From positions 1 to 64,000 of the forward strand of contig JBCCWC010000002.1 in NCBI GenBank assembly GCA_039194325.1: a stretch of 64,000 nucleotides of DNA. Direction: 5' to 3'. A model generated the notes under the pieces. That model saw nothing but the letters and a program-made list of their open reading frames with translations. It made no database searches and had not been told where the DNA came from. Position 1 is the stretch's first letter, and each line of letters starts with the position of its first letter. Source of the DNA: Myxococcota bacterium (GTDB taxonomy: Bacteria > Myxococcota_A > Polyangia > Nannocystales > Nannocystaceae). The translations under genes were made by a program, and so were the position numbers. This document shows positions 1 to 10,493 of this stretch, piece after piece.

Positions 1-73
1 AAAAAAAAAAAATATCAATTTCCTGGGTGTTTTTTACAAAACATTAATTTTTGTCGCTTGCTTTGGGGGGCTT

Positions 74-880
74 TTGGGGGTGCTGGTCGCCCCGGGGGGG
101 ACCCCCGCCGCGACCCGGGCCCTGCACTCCCCGCCCCGGGGGGGGGGGGGGGCGGGGGCGGGGGCGGCAGCGGGGGCGGCGATGCTCATCGAGCGCCACA
201 ACAACGACGCACGGCTGTTCGAGGTGAGCGCCGAGGGGTTCATCGGTCCTTACATCGTGGCGGACCAGGCGTTCCGGGCCGGGTTGCTCGAAGAGGGAAC
301 GCCCGACGAGCCTAAGGCGATCATGTGGACCCTCGACAGCGGCAACAAGCTGCGCCACTACAGCCTCGAGGAGCTCCGCGGCGATCCCAGCCAGGCGGCG
401 ATCATCGCCAAGGGGGACCCGATCGCGCCGGGTAAGGTCGCTCCGCTGGCGATCGATCGCTTCGGGCGCCACTACGGGGTGCGCTGGAACGGCTCCACCA
501 TGGAGCTATTTGTCGACGATGGCCACCAGCTAAAGACCAAGGTCTCGGCCGCGGGCGATATCAGCGCCATCGTACCCTCGCCGTCGGGCAAGCGGTTCGT
601 GGCGATCCACCAGCGGGGTCAGAGCACCTCCCTGTCGATGCATGACGCCAAGACCCTCGACGAGCGCTGGAGCTTCGCCACCGGGGTGTTCAACAACGAG
701 ATCGTGTGGTCACCCGACGGGCGCTACGTGGCGGTCGCGGCCAACACCGGCGCCGTGGTGCTCAGCGCCAAGACGGGCGAGCCGGTGCAGCGGCGCTGCG
801 GGATCGAGTTTGCAGCCTTGGGAGCCCCGCCCTCGACCGCATTCAACAGCCTCAACCTCCGCAGTATGTGCGAGGGATGA
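74..880 (+). CDS. Beta-propeller (WD40-like) protein, C-terminal part; 5' end unreliable at the contig edge
   Basis: ORF with propeller-blade motifs (AIVPSPSGKRFVA, IVWSPDGRYVAV). Host-like codon usage from about 182 onward; the sequence before ~170 is homopolymer-rich noise. Confidence 0.6.
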   Translation: MGVLVAPGGTPAATRALHSPPRGGGGAGAGAAAGAAMLIERHNNDARLFEVSAEGFIGPYIVADQAFRAGLLEEGTPDEPKAIMWTLDSGNKLRHYSLEELRGDPSQAAIIAKGDPIAPGKVAPLAIDRFGRHYGVRWNGSTMELFVDDGHQLKTKVSAAGDISAIVPSPSGKRFVAIHQRGQSTSLSMHDAKTLDERWSFATGVFNNEIVWSPDGRYVAVAANTGAVVLSAKTGEPVQRRCGIEFAALGAPPSTAFNSLNLRSMCEG

Positions 881-938
881 AGCGGGCCATAGAGCGGGCC
901 GTAGATCTGGCCGCAGCGCTGGCGGTGCTCCCGCGAAG

Positions 939-997
939 GGTCACGAGGGCTTGCACGGGGGTTCACGGCGGTGTCACCCGATCGTCACACGCGTAAT
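939..997 (+). promoter_or_regulatory. Candidate Pho box array upstream of phoB
   Basis: TCAC cores at 941, 963, 974 and 985 fall on an 11-bp register (GTCAC/TTCAC), with a degenerate TGCAC at 952. PhoB-family regulators bind 11-bp direct repeats. Confidence 0.6.
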
Positions 998-1030
998 CGC
1001 GGCTGATGTAAAACGCCTGCGGGAGCCCCG

Positions 1031-1741
1031 ATGGCCGAGCAGATCCTCATCGTCGAAGACGAGGCCGACCTCGCCAACATCGTCGCGTTCAACCTCGAGC
1101 AAGAAGGGTTTCGGCCGCAGATCGCGTCCAGCGGCGCCGAGGCGCTCGAGAAGATCCGCGGAGATCAACCTCCGGACCTGGTGGTGCTCGATCTGATGCT
1201 TCCAGACATCTCGGGCACGGAGGTCTGCCGACAACTGCGGCAGGGATCGGACACCCGCCGGATCCCCGTCTTGATGCTCACCGCCAAGACCGACCCGATC
1301 GATCGGGTGGTGGGCTTCGAGGTCGGGGCCGACGACTACGTGACCAAGCCGTTTAGCGTGCGGGAGCTGGTGCTCCGCATTCGCGCGATCTTGCGGCGTA
1401 TCGAGGCGGTGGCGCCGCCAGAGCCGGAGACGCTGCGCTTTGGGATCCTACGGCTGGATTTCGAGGGGCACCGGGTATGGGTGGAGGAGCAAGAGGTCAC
1501 CCTCACCGCGCTCGAGTTCCGGCTACTCAAGACCCTGGTGCAGCGGCGGGGTCGCGTGCAGACCCGTGAGATCTTGCTCAACCATGTCTGGGAGATGAGC
1601 GGAGACGTCACCACACGCACGGTGGACACCCACGTTCGTCGTCTTCGCAAGAAGCTGGGCCCGGCGAGTACGTACATCGAGACCCTGCGCGGCGTGGGCT
1701 ATCGCTTTCAGTCCGAGCCGGGCAAGACGGGCGAGACGTGA
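1031..1741 (+). CDS. phoB: OmpR/PhoB-family response regulator (PhoB/PhoP)
   Basis: REC domain (ILIVEDE, DLMLPD, GADDYVTKPF) plus winged helix (TRTVDTHVRRLRKKL, ETLRGVGYRF); sits next to phoR and the pst genes. Confidence 0.9.
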   Translation: MAEQILIVEDEADLANIVAFNLEQEGFRPQIASSGAEALEKIRGDQPPDLVVLDLMLPDISGTEVCRQLRQGSDTRRIPVLMLTAKTDPIDRVVGFEVGADDYVTKPFSVRELVLRIRAILRRIEAVAPPEPETLRFGILRLDFEGHRVWVEEQEVTLTALEFRLLKTLVQRRGRVQTREILLNHVWEMSGDVTTRTVDTHVRRLRKKLGPASTYIETLRGVGYRFQSEPGKTGET

Positions 1742-3612
1742 GACGCGCCTTTCGGCGTCGATTCTTGCTGGTCCCCTTGGTGTTCATCGCCGTGGTGGAC
1801 TTTGGGGTGGGCCTGTACCTCGAAGGGCAGCTGCGTCGCTCGCTGGAGGAGCGGTTCACCCACGAGCTCGTTCAGCACACCCGCGCCATGGAGGAGGTGG
1901 TGGAGGTGGTGGAGGAGCACGCGGCACGACTGGCGCCACGACCCATCAACGTGGACGAGGCTCGCGTTGCCCTCGACCCGGTGGCCGATCGCTTTGGTGC
2001 GGCGATGGACGTCCGAGTCTCGGTGATCGGACCGGGCGGGGCTCTGGTGGCCGACTCGGAGCTAGCACGCGTGGCGCTGGCCGAGGCCGACGATCACAGC
2101 GAGCGCACCGAGGTGGTCGAGGCGCGCACCCATGGGGTGGGGATCGCTCGGCGACACAGCGCGACGCTGGGCACGGACATGCTCTATGTGGCCCAGGCGC
2201 TCGACGACGGGAGCGGGCGGGTGGTGCGGGTGAGCGTGCCGCTGTCCGAGATCGACGAGCAGATGGGTCAGCTTCGCTGGACCTTGCTGCTGGCCGGGCT
2301 GGTGGCGCTGCTCGCGGCGGGAGCGTTGGCCATGGTGGCGACCCGGTTGCTGTCGCGCAGCCTCGAGGATCTGGTGGCCACCGCCCACGACGAGGCGGGG
2401 CCGCTGCCGGGTCTGGACGACGAATCCACGGATCCGCCCAGCTCGGTCAACGCGCTGGCCGACGATCTACGTCGTACGGTGCGTCTTTTGGGCAACGAGC
2501 GGGAGCGCTTCGAAACGGTGCTCGAGACCATGCGGCAGGCGGTCCTCGCTCTGGATGGACAGCGGCGGATCAACACCGTCAATGAGGCGGGGCGCCGGTT
2601 GCTGGGGTTGCCCGAGGCGGTCGAGGGGCGTCCGCTGCTCGACTTCGTGCGGGTGCCCGCGCTGGTGGGCCTCATCGAGGCGGCGGCCACGGGCGAGCCG
2701 GCCAGCGCCGAGTTCGACTACGGCATGAGCCCGCGCAAGCGGATCCAGGCTCAGGCCACGGCGCCCCGACAAGGGGGGGGCACGGTGATCGTCATGCACG
2801 ACGTCACCGAGCTGCGCCGCCTGGAGACGGTGCGTCAGGACTTCATCGCCAACGTCTCGCACGAGCTGCGCACGCCGGTGGCGGTGATCAAGGCCAACGC
2901 CGAGACCCTGCTGGCCGGGGCGATCCACAAGCCGGAGCGGGCCGCGGTGTTCCTCGATGCGCTGGCCCGTCATGCGGATCGACTGGGGCGGCTGGTCGCG
3001 GATCTACTCGATATCTCCCGGATCGAGGCGGGGCGCTATCAGCTCGACGTTGGCCCCGTCGACATCATGGAGCAGGTCGATCGCACGATCGCATCGCTCG
3101 CGATACAGGCGGAGGACAAGGGGATCAGCCTCGAGAGCCGGGTGGAGGACGAGGTCTGGGTGGCGGCCGACGACAAGGCGCTCGAGCAGATCCTGTTCAA
3201 CCTGATCTCCAACGCGATCAAGTACACCCAGCAAGGCGGCCACGTGGAGGTGGACGCGGTAGCGATCGAGCACGAGGGCGAGCAGCCCGCTCGCTGGCGG
3301 GTAGAGGTGCGCGATGATGGCCCGGGCATCGACCCTCGCCACCATGGCCGAGTCTTCGAGCGCTTCTATCGGGTCGATTCGGGACGTACGCGGGACATGG
3401 GCGGGACCGGTCTGGGCCTGGCGATCGTCAAACACCTGGTCGAGGCGATGAAGGGGCGCGTGGGGGTGGATGCGCAGCGCCCCCGGGGCTCGATCTTCTG
3501 GTTTACGGTGGCGAGCGCCGCGTCGGCGCTCGGCGAGGCCCATGTGGGCCAGTCGCTCGATGACATGGCGGCCAACGACGGCGAGAGCTCCGAGAGCCCG
3601 CATGCCGTGTGA
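1738..3612 (+). CDS. phoR: Phosphate regulon sensor histidine kinase (TM, PAS, HisKA, HATPase)
   Basis: ANVSHELRTP, NLISNAIKY, DDGPGI, FERFYRVD and GGTGLGLAIVKH motifs; GTGA overlap with phoB. Confidence 0.9.
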   Translation: MRRAFRRRFLLVPLVFIAVVDFGVGLYLEGQLRRSLEERFTHELVQHTRAMEEVVEVVEEHAARLAPRPINVDEARVALDPVADRFGAAMDVRVSVIGPGGALVADSELARVALAEADDHSERTEVVEARTHGVGIARRHSATLGTDMLYVAQALDDGSGRVVRVSVPLSEIDEQMGQLRWTLLLAGLVALLAAGALAMVATRLLSRSLEDLVATAHDEAGPLPGLDDESTDPPSSVNALADDLRRTVRLLGNERERFETVLETMRQAVLALDGQRRINTVNEAGRRLLGLPEAVEGRPLLDFVRVPALVGLIEAAATGEPASAEFDYGMSPRKRIQAQATAPRQGGGTVIVMHDVTELRRLETVRQDFIANVSHELRTPVAVIKANAETLLAGAIHKPERAAVFLDALARHADRLGRLVADLLDISRIEAGRYQLDVGPVDIMEQVDRTIASLAIQAEDKGISLESRVEDEVWVAADDKALEQILFNLISNAIKYTQQGGHVEVDAVAIEHEGEQPARWRVEVRDDGPGIDPRHHGRVFERFYRVDSGRTRDMGGTGLGLAIVKHLVEAMKGRVGVDAQRPRGSIFWFTVASAASALGEAHVGQSLDDMAANDGESSESPHAV

Positions 3613-3759
3613 TCGGTGTTCAATATGATCGCACCCTGTCGGTCATCGAAAAGAGGAATCGACAGAATCGACAGGGAGCGGCAGACGCCGAGCGGTCATC
3701 GAGGGGCGGATGAGCTCGTGCTCCCCGTGCTCGAAGTTGCGAGGATGTCTCGCGGTGGT

Positions 3760-3823
3760 GTAACTCGATCGTTACTTCCCGCCGTCGCGGTCGAGGGCGT
3801 GGAGAAAGTAATGATCGCGTCAT
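3760..3823 (+). promoter_or_regulatory. Two candidate Pho-box half-site pairs upstream of pstC
   Basis: GTAAC(3760)/GTTAC(3771) and GTAAT(3808)/GTCAT(3819), each pair spaced 11 bp. Confidence 0.45.
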
Positions 3824-3915
3824 GTTATGATGGCATGGCACAATCAGAGCACTGGCCCGCGTGAGCGTCCGGGACCAGCGGCTCGGTATTGGGCCGATCT
3901 TTTCCCTTCCCTTTC

Positions 3916-4788
3916 ATGCGAGAGCTTGGCCAAGACTCCTCCTCCACGCGCGGTTCGCCCTGGTGGCGCGATCCTCCAGTGGGCCGGGGTGAGCGCCTTG
4001 CGATGATCGCACTGCGGGTGAGCGCGGCTGCGCCCGTGCTGCTCAGCGTGGCTTTAGTGGGGCTGCTTGTGCGCGGGGCGTGGTCCGAGGGCGTCCTGGT
4101 CCTGCCGGCCCATGGACTGCTGCCGCTGGTGCTGGGCACGCTGCTGGTGGCCGGGCTCGCCGCGGTGATTGCGGTGCCCGTGGGCCTGCTGGCCGCGATC
4201 TATCTTGGGGAGTTTTCGTCCCCGAGTCGGCGGCGCTGGCTCAAGCCCTTGCTCGAGCTGCTCGCCGGGGTGCCGACCATCGTCTACGGCCTGATCGCAG
4301 TGATGGTGGTGGGGCCGTGGTTACACCGGGTGTTCCCCTCGGTGCAGGTGCACAGCGGGGTCACGGCCGCGCTGGTGCTGTCCTTGATGGTCCTACCCAC
4401 CGTCAGCTCGCTGACCGACGATGCGCTACGGGCCGTGCCGCGTGAGCTGCGAGAGGCCGCGTTGGCGCTGGGTGCCTCGCGTCTGCGAATGCTGCGGGTG
4501 GTGGTGCTGCCGGCGGCCGCGCCGGGCATCGTGGCGGCGGTGATGCTCGCGGTGTCCCGGGCGATGGGTGAGACGATGATCATGACCCTGGCCGCGGGTG
4601 ATCTGCCCTCGGGAGGGCTCGATCCGCGGCAGGCGGTGAAGACCCTCACCAGTCACGTGGGACACGGGGCGCTGGTCGAGCCTCTCGATGCGGCCATGTA
4701 CACCGCCGGGGGCGCCTTGCTGGTCGTGAGCCTGCTGACCCACGCGGTAGCCCATCGGCTGGTGCGTCGTCGGGGGAGGTGGTCGTGA
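3916..4788 (+). CDS. pstC: Phosphate ABC transporter permease PstC
   Basis: LKPLLELLAGVPTIVYG, DDALRAVP-ELREAALALGA (EAA loop) and SRAMGETM motifs. Start placed at the in-frame ATG at 3916. Confidence 0.85.
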   Translation: MRELGQDSSSTRGSPWWRDPPVGRGERLAMIALRVSAAAPVLLSVALVGLLVRGAWSEGVLVLPAHGLLPLVLGTLLVAGLAAVIAVPVGLLAAIYLGEFSSPSRRRWLKPLLELLAGVPTIVYGLIAVMVVGPWLHRVFPSVQVHSGVTAALVLSLMVLPTVSSLTDDALRAVPRELREAALALGASRLRMLRVVVLPAAAPGIVAAVMLAVSRAMGETMIMTLAAGDLPSGGLDPRQAVKTLTSHVGHGALVEPLDAAMYTAGGALLVVSLLTHAVAHRLVRRRGRWS

Positions 4789-5666
4789 CCCGCGCGGAGC
4801 TACGACGCTCGACGGGGCTGGGCCTGCCGCCACGGCGACAGTTCCGGGGGCGGTTGTTCGCGGTCGGCTGCCTGCTGGCGTCGCTTTTGCCCGTGGTGGT
4901 GGGGGCGCTGTTGCTCGGGGCGCTACTTCGCCAGGGCGCTCAAATGGACGAGCCGCAGGCGCTGATCCAACGGCTGGCGGCCAGCGGTGCCGACGGCCTG
5001 CTAGGCAGCGTGGCCGGGAGCCTGTGGCTGGTCTCGCTGTCGATCTTCATCGCGATGCCGCTGGGCGTGGGCGCGGCTGTGCACCTGGAGGGCCCCCGGC
5101 GCACGGGTCGCTCGCTGCTGGCCCTCAACATGGCCAGCCTCGCGGCCGTGCCCTCGGTGCTCTATGGCATCGTGGGGCTCGAGCTGTTCGTGCGGGCGCT
5201 CCATCTGGGTCACAGCCTGGTCGCGGCCGCGATGACCCTCGCGCTGCTGGTGATGCCCATCGTGGCGGTGGCGGCCCGCGCGGCCTTGCGGGCGGTGCCC
5301 GACGAGCTGCGAGAGGCCGGCTACGCGCTGGGGGCCACCCGGTGGCAGGTCACGCGGCAGGTGGTGCTGCCGGCGGCGCTGCCGGGGATCTTCAGCGGGG
5401 TGATCCTCGCGATCGCCCGTGCTTTTGGCGAGGCGGCGCCGCTGCTGCTCGTCGCCGGCCTGGCCGTGTCATCGTCGGAGTCGACGACCCTGGGTGATCC
5501 CGAGCATGTACTACCGCTCCATGTGTTCGAGCTGCTGGCACGGCCTCACGAGGCCGCCCAAGCGGATGCGATCGCCGGGGTCGTGGTGTTGCTGGGCACC
5601 CTAATGGTCTTGAGCACCTGGGCCACCCGGCTGCGTCACCGCCACGAGCGCCGCCGCGACGGCTAA
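4785..5666 (+). CDS. pstA: Phosphate ABC transporter permease PstA
   Basis: LAAVPSVLYG, AVPDELREAGYALGATRWQ and ARAFGEAAPL motifs; GTGA overlap with pstC. Confidence 0.85.
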   Translation: MTRAELRRSTGLGLPPRRQFRGRLFAVGCLLASLLPVVVGALLLGALLRQGAQMDEPQALIQRLAASGADGLLGSVAGSLWLVSLSIFIAMPLGVGAAVHLEGPRRTGRSLLALNMASLAAVPSVLYGIVGLELFVRALHLGHSLVAAAMTLALLVMPIVAVAARAALRAVPDELREAGYALGATRWQVTRQVVLPAALPGIFSGVILAIARAFGEAAPLLLVAGLAVSSSESTTLGDPEHVLPLHVFELLARPHEAAQADAIAGVVVLLGTLMVLSTWATRLRHRHERRRDG

Positions 5667-5678
5667 GGGGAGCCCGGC

Positions 5679-6479
5679 GTGGAGCTCCCCGACATGGAGA
5701 TCATGGACCCCAAGCTTCGCATTCGCGATCTCTCGGCCTGGTACGGCGAGCGGCAGGTGCTCGAGCGGATCTCGTTCGACGTGCCGGCAGCGCGGATCAC
5801 CGCGATCATCGGGCCGTCGGGCTGCGGCAAGTCGACCTTCATCCGCTGCATCAACCGCATGCACGAGCTGGTCGCCGAGGCGCGGGTGCGGGGGCGGGTA
5901 GAGCTGGACGGCCACGATGTGTATTCGGCTACGGTTGCGCCGGAGCGCTTGCGCCGCCGGGTCGGCATGGTGTTCCAAAAACCCAATCCCTTCCCCACCA
6001 TGTCGATCCGCGACAACGTGCTCGCGGGGCTACGCCTGACCGGCGGGGGGGCGCTGAGGGGCGGCGACGGTGACGTCGACGGGGATGGAGTGGTCGAGCA
6101 GGCGCTACGCGCTGTCGCGTTGTGGGATGAGGTACGAGACAGGCTACATCGTCGAGCCGACACCCTCTCGGCCGGGCAGCAGCAGCGGCTATGCATCGCC
6201 CGGGCCCTGGCCGTGGAGCCCGAGGTGCTGCTGATGGACGAGCCCTGTGCATCCCTCGATCCCATCGCCACCGCGCGGGTCGAGGATCTGCTCGGGGATC
6301 TACGCTCGCGTTACACCATCGTGATCGTCACCCATAACATGCAGCAGGCCGCGCGCGTCTCCGACCGCACCGGGTTCTTCTTGGAGGGCCGGCTGGTGGA
6401 ATTCGAGGATACAGACATCATGTTCACGTCACCGGGTGATCGCAGAACTGAGGACTACATCACGGGAAGATTCGGCTAG
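5679..6479 (+). CDS. pstB: Phosphate ABC transporter ATPase PstB
   Basis: [36 protein letters not shown] and the PstB-typical C-terminus [10 protein letters not shown]. Confidence 0.95.
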   Translation: MELPDMEIMDPKLRIRDLSAWYGERQVLERISFDVPAARITAIIGPSGCGKSTFIRCINRMHELVAEARVRGRVELDGHDVYSATVAPERLRRRVGMVFQKPNPFPTMSIRDNVLAGLRLTGGGALRGGDGDVDGDGVVEQALRAVALWDEVRDRLHRRADTLSAGQQQRLCIARALAVEPEVLLMDEPCASLDPIATARVEDLLGDLRSRYTIVIVTHNMQQAARVSDRTGFFLEGRLVEFEDTDIMFTSPGDRRTEDYITGRFG

Positions 6480-6491
6480 TATGACCAGCTC

Positions 6492-7208
6492 ATGCCCGAT
6501 TCGGTCGACAAGGTTCGAGGCTCGAGTCATACCGACCGGGCATTCGAACAAGAGCTCCGCACCGTGCGGGTCTCCTTGTTGCGTATGGCCGGGCACGTGG
6601 AGCACATGATCGGGCAGGCCGGTCAGGCTCTGGTCGAGCGCGACGGCGAGCTCGCGCGCGAGGTGATCGAGGAGGATCAGGAGGTCAACCGGGCCGAGGT
6701 CGAGATCGACGAGCTGTGCCTGCGGATCCTGGCCAAGCGTCAGCCCATGGCGTCGGATCTACGCTTCGTGACCCTGGCCATGAAGATGGTCACCGATCTG
6801 GAGCGGATCGCGGATCTGGCGGTGAACATCTGCGAGCGGGCGGTGCAGCTGGTCGACGCCCAAGTGGTGGTGCACGCCGAGATCCCGGACATGTGCGGCG
6901 CGGTGGAGGGGATGGTGCGCGAGGCGATCGATGCCTTCGTCAACCGCGACGTGGACAAGGCCCGGGCGGTGATCGACGAGGACGACGTGGTCGATCGGTA
7001 CTACCACCGGATCTTCGAGGATCTGCTGCGGCGCATGCAGGCCGAGCCGGCCCAATTGCACGAGTGGATCCACGTGCAGTCGGTGGCCAAGTGGCTCGAG
7101 CGGATGGGGGATCACTCGACCAACCTGGCGGAGCTGGTGATCTTCATGGTCGAGGGGCGAGACATTCGGCATCCTCGGCTGCACAACGCGAGCAAGCCGA
7201 CCAGCTGA
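6492..7208 (+). CDS. phoU: Phosphate signalling protein PhoU
   Basis: QPMASDLR, DLERIADLA and LERMGDHSTNLAE motifs in two PhoU repeats. Confidence 0.95.
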   Translation: MPDSVDKVRGSSHTDRAFEQELRTVRVSLLRMAGHVEHMIGQAGQALVERDGELAREVIEEDQEVNRAEVEIDELCLRILAKRQPMASDLRFVTLAMKMVTDLERIADLAVNICERAVQLVDAQVVVHAEIPDMCGAVEGMVREAIDAFVNRDVDKARAVIDEDDVVDRYYHRIFEDLLRRMQAEPAQLHEWIHVQSVAKWLERMGDHSTNLAELVIFMVEGRDIRHPRLHNASKPTS

Positions 7209-7247
7209 AGGCGACGGGCTTGGCGACGGGCCGGGCTACTTGCCGGA

Positions 7248-10200
7248 CTACTTGCCCAGCTTGCGGCGCACGTCGGCGAGGCGCTTGCGGACGTTGATGC
7301 CGAGCTCTTGCGCCTTTTGGTACGCCCCTTCGGCCTCCTGATAGCGGAACGCCTTGTAGTACGCGTCGCCCAGCACCTTGTGGGCGCGGCCGTTGCGGGG
7401 CGAGTGCTTCACCGCCTGCAGGGCCGACTTGCGGGCCTTGTCGTACGAGGCCTGGTCGAAGTGCACCTGGGCCAGCCCGAGGTGAGCGGCCCCGTTCTTT
7501 GGGTTGGCGGCGATGGCCTGGCTGTAGAGGCTCTTGGCCTCCCCGCGCAGCCCATCCCGGCGCTTGGCGTCGGCCTTCTTGGTCAGCTCTTTGGAGCGCG
7601 CGGGGTTGAACTTGGCCTTCTTGTCGTCGAGCCCCATGTCGACCTGGCGGCGTCGCTTGCGGCGGCCCGCGGTCGTGACGGGATCGTCTTCGATGACCGG
7701 CTCTTGGTCGATGATTGGCTCTTGGTCGGTCTCGGCCACTGAAGGAGGCGGTGGCGGCGTGTTGCTGGTGCTGCTGTCGACGCCGCCGTCGCTGCGGCCG
7801 CCGTCGCTGCGGCCGCCGTCGCTGCGGCCGCCGTCGCGATCCCCGTCGCGATCTTGGTTACGGCCCCCGTTGCCGCGAGCACCCGAGCCTCGCCGGGGTC
7901 GGCGCAGCTTCACGCCCGCCGACTCGGCCCGCTTGGTGAATTGCGCGAGCATCATCGGGGCCATGTCGCTCGACTCGACCCCCTCTTGGATCGCCGCGGA
8001 GATCGCCTCCTTTTGCTCGGGATCCTCGGCGACCTGGATCACCGCGAGGCTCCCCAGCAAGACCTCCGCCTGGCTGAAATCGCCCGCGACGGCGTTCTTG
8101 CGGAAGTCGCTGAGGGAGATCAGGTCGACGTCGGCGCGGTCGAAGGCGTACTCGCTGTTTTCGAAGGCCAGCGACCACACATAGTATTGCCGGGCGATGC
8201 TCCGGGCCTCCTCCCACAGGTGGTCGCCGTGGCCGATGAGGGTGGTGGCGAACTCGTGGCGGAGCTCTTCGGCGCGCTCGTCGGCGAGGCTCTGCGCCAG
8301 GCCCTCGAGGCCCTCGAGCTCCACGACCTTTCGCAGCGCGGTGGTATTGCCCTCGACGTGCGGCGGTGGGATCACCCAGGCCGCCTTCGAGGCGGCGTCG
8401 CGGGCCTCGATCGTCAGCTGCTCGACTTGGTCTTGCTCTTCGGCGGTGGGCTGGCGCCCGAACATCAGGTAGGCGGCCAGGCCGGCGGCGGCCAGCGTGC
8501 TCGCGCCGGCGATCACCGGCCACAGCCAGCCTCGCTTGGCCGGCTGTGGGGCGTTCGGCGAGGGCATCCGCGCCAGGATCCGCTCGTAGCGCTCGGTGTC
8601 GGCGATGACGGGGACCGGAAGATCATCCCAGGCGGTGGTGATCCCGGCGGCGATCTGTGCCTCGCAGATCGCCGCTTCGAGCTCGGCCATGTTCTCGAAG
8701 CGATCCTCGGGCTTCTTGGCCAGGCAGCGCATGACCACCGCCTCGAGCTCGGCGGGAAACTCCACGTCGTCTCGGGCCTGGCTGGGCGGCGTGGGGTCGA
8801 CCTTGACCTGCTTCTTGAGCAGCTCCTCGACCTCGTCGGCATCGAAGGGTGGGGTGCCCACCATCAGCTCGTAGGCGGTGCAGCCCAGGGCGTAGATGTC
8901 GAGGCGGCCGTCGAAGTCCTCGCCGAGGATCTGCTCGGGGGCCATGTAGTGCGGCGTGCCGGCGATGCCGGCCTTCTTCTCGCCCGCGGCCAGCATCGCC
9001 GAGATCCCGAAGTCGACGATCTTGATCGAGTCGGCGCGGCCCTCCTCGGTGTTGGTGATGATGATGTTCTCGGGCTTGACGTCGCGGTGCACGACGTTGG
9101 CGTCGTGAGCCTTGGCCAGCCCTTTGCACACCTGACGGAGGATCGCGACGAGGCGCGAGGGCTCCATGCTCGTCTGCTCGTTGGCGGGGACCAGGTCCAC
9201 GCCCTCTAGCAGCTCCATGGCGAAGAAGAGGCGGCCGTCCGGCAGCTCGCCGAAGTCGTACACCTCGACGATGTGGGGGGAGCCCAGGCGGCTGGCGGCG
9301 CGGGCCTCGTCGCGGAACACCTGGGCCATCTGGGGTTGCTGGCTCAGGTCGAAGCGCAGGATCTTGAGCGCTGAGCGGCGCTCGATGTCGGTGTGGATGA
9401 CCTCGTAGACCACCCCCATGCCGCCTTCGCCCAGCCAGCGGCGGATCTCGTAGCGGGTCCCGGGGATCTGCTTGCCGGGGATCAGGCGGATCTTGGGCGC
9501 GTCGGCGGCCGGGGCGACCAAGCCCTCCATGCCCTGCATGGCCGTGCCGACTCGGCTGTCGCGACTTTGGCCCGGGCTCGATCGCATCCGCGTGGGCTGC
9601 CGATCCGTTCGCCGGTTGGTCGACTCGCCCCGCTTATCATCTAGATGTTCATCGGTGGGCCGAGGGCCGCGGTCGAGATCGAGCTGGGTGTCGGCACTGA
9701 CGTGGGAGCCCGAGCCGGGGAAGGTCGGGCCCTTGCGAAGCTCGGCCGCGGGCATCGTGTCGCGCAGTGCCGACGTGGCGCGTGGGGCGGGGCCGCTGAC
9801 CGGGCGAGGGGGTGGCTTGGGCGGTGACTTGGCGGAGGGGGGAGCCGCCGAAGGAGGCTCGTCGTCGGCGTCGCCCGCCTTGCTCGGGCCTCGATGTAGA
9901 GCGGTGGCTTGCTCGTCTTCGAAGTCGTCGTGGAACAGCCCGACCCCGTCCATCATCTGCTCCATCGCGTCGCTCGTCGCGGGCTTGACCGGGGTGGGGA
10001 CGTTCGAGGCCGGGGCCGGGCCCGTCGCTTGTTCCACTACCCCGCTCGGCGCAGGCTTGAACGGGGTGGGGATGTCTGGAGCCGGGGCCGGACCCACCAC
10101 CGTCTGTTGGTGCGAGGGCAGCCCGAAGTCCGTGGGGATCGGATCGGAGGAGGACTCCGCCGCCGGTGGGGGCACGGGGACGCCGACCTTGGTGTGCTCG

Positions 10201-10493
10201 CCGGTCGGCGGGGGAACCGGCGGAGCCCCCATGATCATCTGGGTCTTCTTGAGCGTCTTCCTGACCCGCGGCGTGGTCTTGGCCCGGGCGAGGGCCTCGT
10301 CCTCGTCGCCGCTGATGCTGGGGGGGCCGGGAGGGATCTTGGGGGGCGAGGTCCCCGATGGTCGCGGAGCGACCCTCGGGGGCAGCGGGTTCGTGCTCAC
10401 CGGCGGAGGCAACGGAGCCGGACCCGACGAGATGCGGGTCCGTCGATCCGTGCGCCTGGCGTCTGGCTTCTTGGCCAGGGGTGTCTTGGCCAT
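7248..10493 (-). CDS. Membrane Ser/Thr protein kinase: long Pro-rich N-terminus, kinase, TM, periplasmic helical domain, C-terminal TPRs
   Basis: [23 protein letters not shown] and GTPHYMAPE motifs; [10 protein letters not shown]...AAYLMF; TPR-like C-terminus. An extended -10 (TGTTAGAAT) lies upstream at 10550-10558 on the minus strand. Confidence 0.9.
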   Translation of the reverse strand: MAKTPLAKKPDARRTDRRTRISSGPAPLPPPVSTNPLPPRVAPRPSGTSPPKIPPGPPSISGDEDEALARAKTTPRVRKTLKKTQMIMGAPPVPPPTGEHTKVGVPVPPPAAESSSDPIPTDFGLPSHQQTVVGPAPAPDIPTPFKPAPSGVVEQATGPAPASNVPTPVKPATSDAMEQMMDGVGLFHDDFEDEQATALHRGPSKAGDADDEPPSAAPPSAKSPPKPPPRPVSGPAPRATSALRDTMPAAELRKGPTFPGSGSHVSADTQLDLDRGPRPTDEHLDDKRGESTNRRTDRQPTRMRSSPGQSRDSRVGTAMQGMEGLVAPAADAPKIRLIPGKQIPGTRYEIRRWLGEGGMGVVYEVIHTDIERRSALKILRFDLSQQPQMAQVFRDEARAASRLGSPHIVEVYDFGELPDGRLFFAMELLEGVDLVPANEQTSMEPSRLVAILRQVCKGLAKAHDANVVHRDVKPENIIITNTEEGRADSIKIVDFGISAMLAAGEKKAGIAGTPHYMAPEQILGEDFDGRLDIYALGCTAYELMVGTPPFDADEVEELLKKQVKVDPTPPSQARDDVEFPAELEAVVMRCLAKKPEDRFENMAELEAAICEAQIAAGITTAWDDLPVPVIADTERYERILARMPSPNAPQPAKRGWLWPVIAGASTLAAAGLAAYLMFGRQPTAEEQDQVEQLTIEARDAASKAAWVIPPPHVEGNTTALRKVVELEGLEGLAQSLADERAEELRHEFATTLIGHGDHLWEEARSIARQYYVWSLAFENSEYAFDRADVDLISLSDFRKNAVAGDFSQAEVLLGSLAVIQVAEDPEQKEAISAAIQEGVESSDMAPMMLAQFTKRAESAGVKLRRPRRGSGARGNGGRNQDRDGDRDGGRSDGGRSDGGRSDGGVDSSTSNTPPPPPSVAETDQEPIIDQEPVIEDDPVTTAGRRKRRRQVDMGLDDKKAKFNPARSKELTKKADAKRRDGLRGEAKSLYSQAIAANPKNGAAHLGLAQVHFDQASYDKARKSALQAVKHSPRNGRAHKVLGDAYYKAFRYQEAEGAYQKAQELGINVRKRLADVRRKLGK

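Noticed and set aside
1..170. Poly-A, poly-T and poly-G runs with an AT-rich start that might suggest a telomere, insertion end or foreign DNA
   Set aside because: The pattern fits low-quality read-end or contig-end sequence; normal coding character resumes at about 180.
3616..3864. A small ORF between phoR and pstC as a possible pstS remnant
   Set aside because: It has no PstS-like motif or signal peptide, and the region reads better as a promoter with Pho-box-like repeats.
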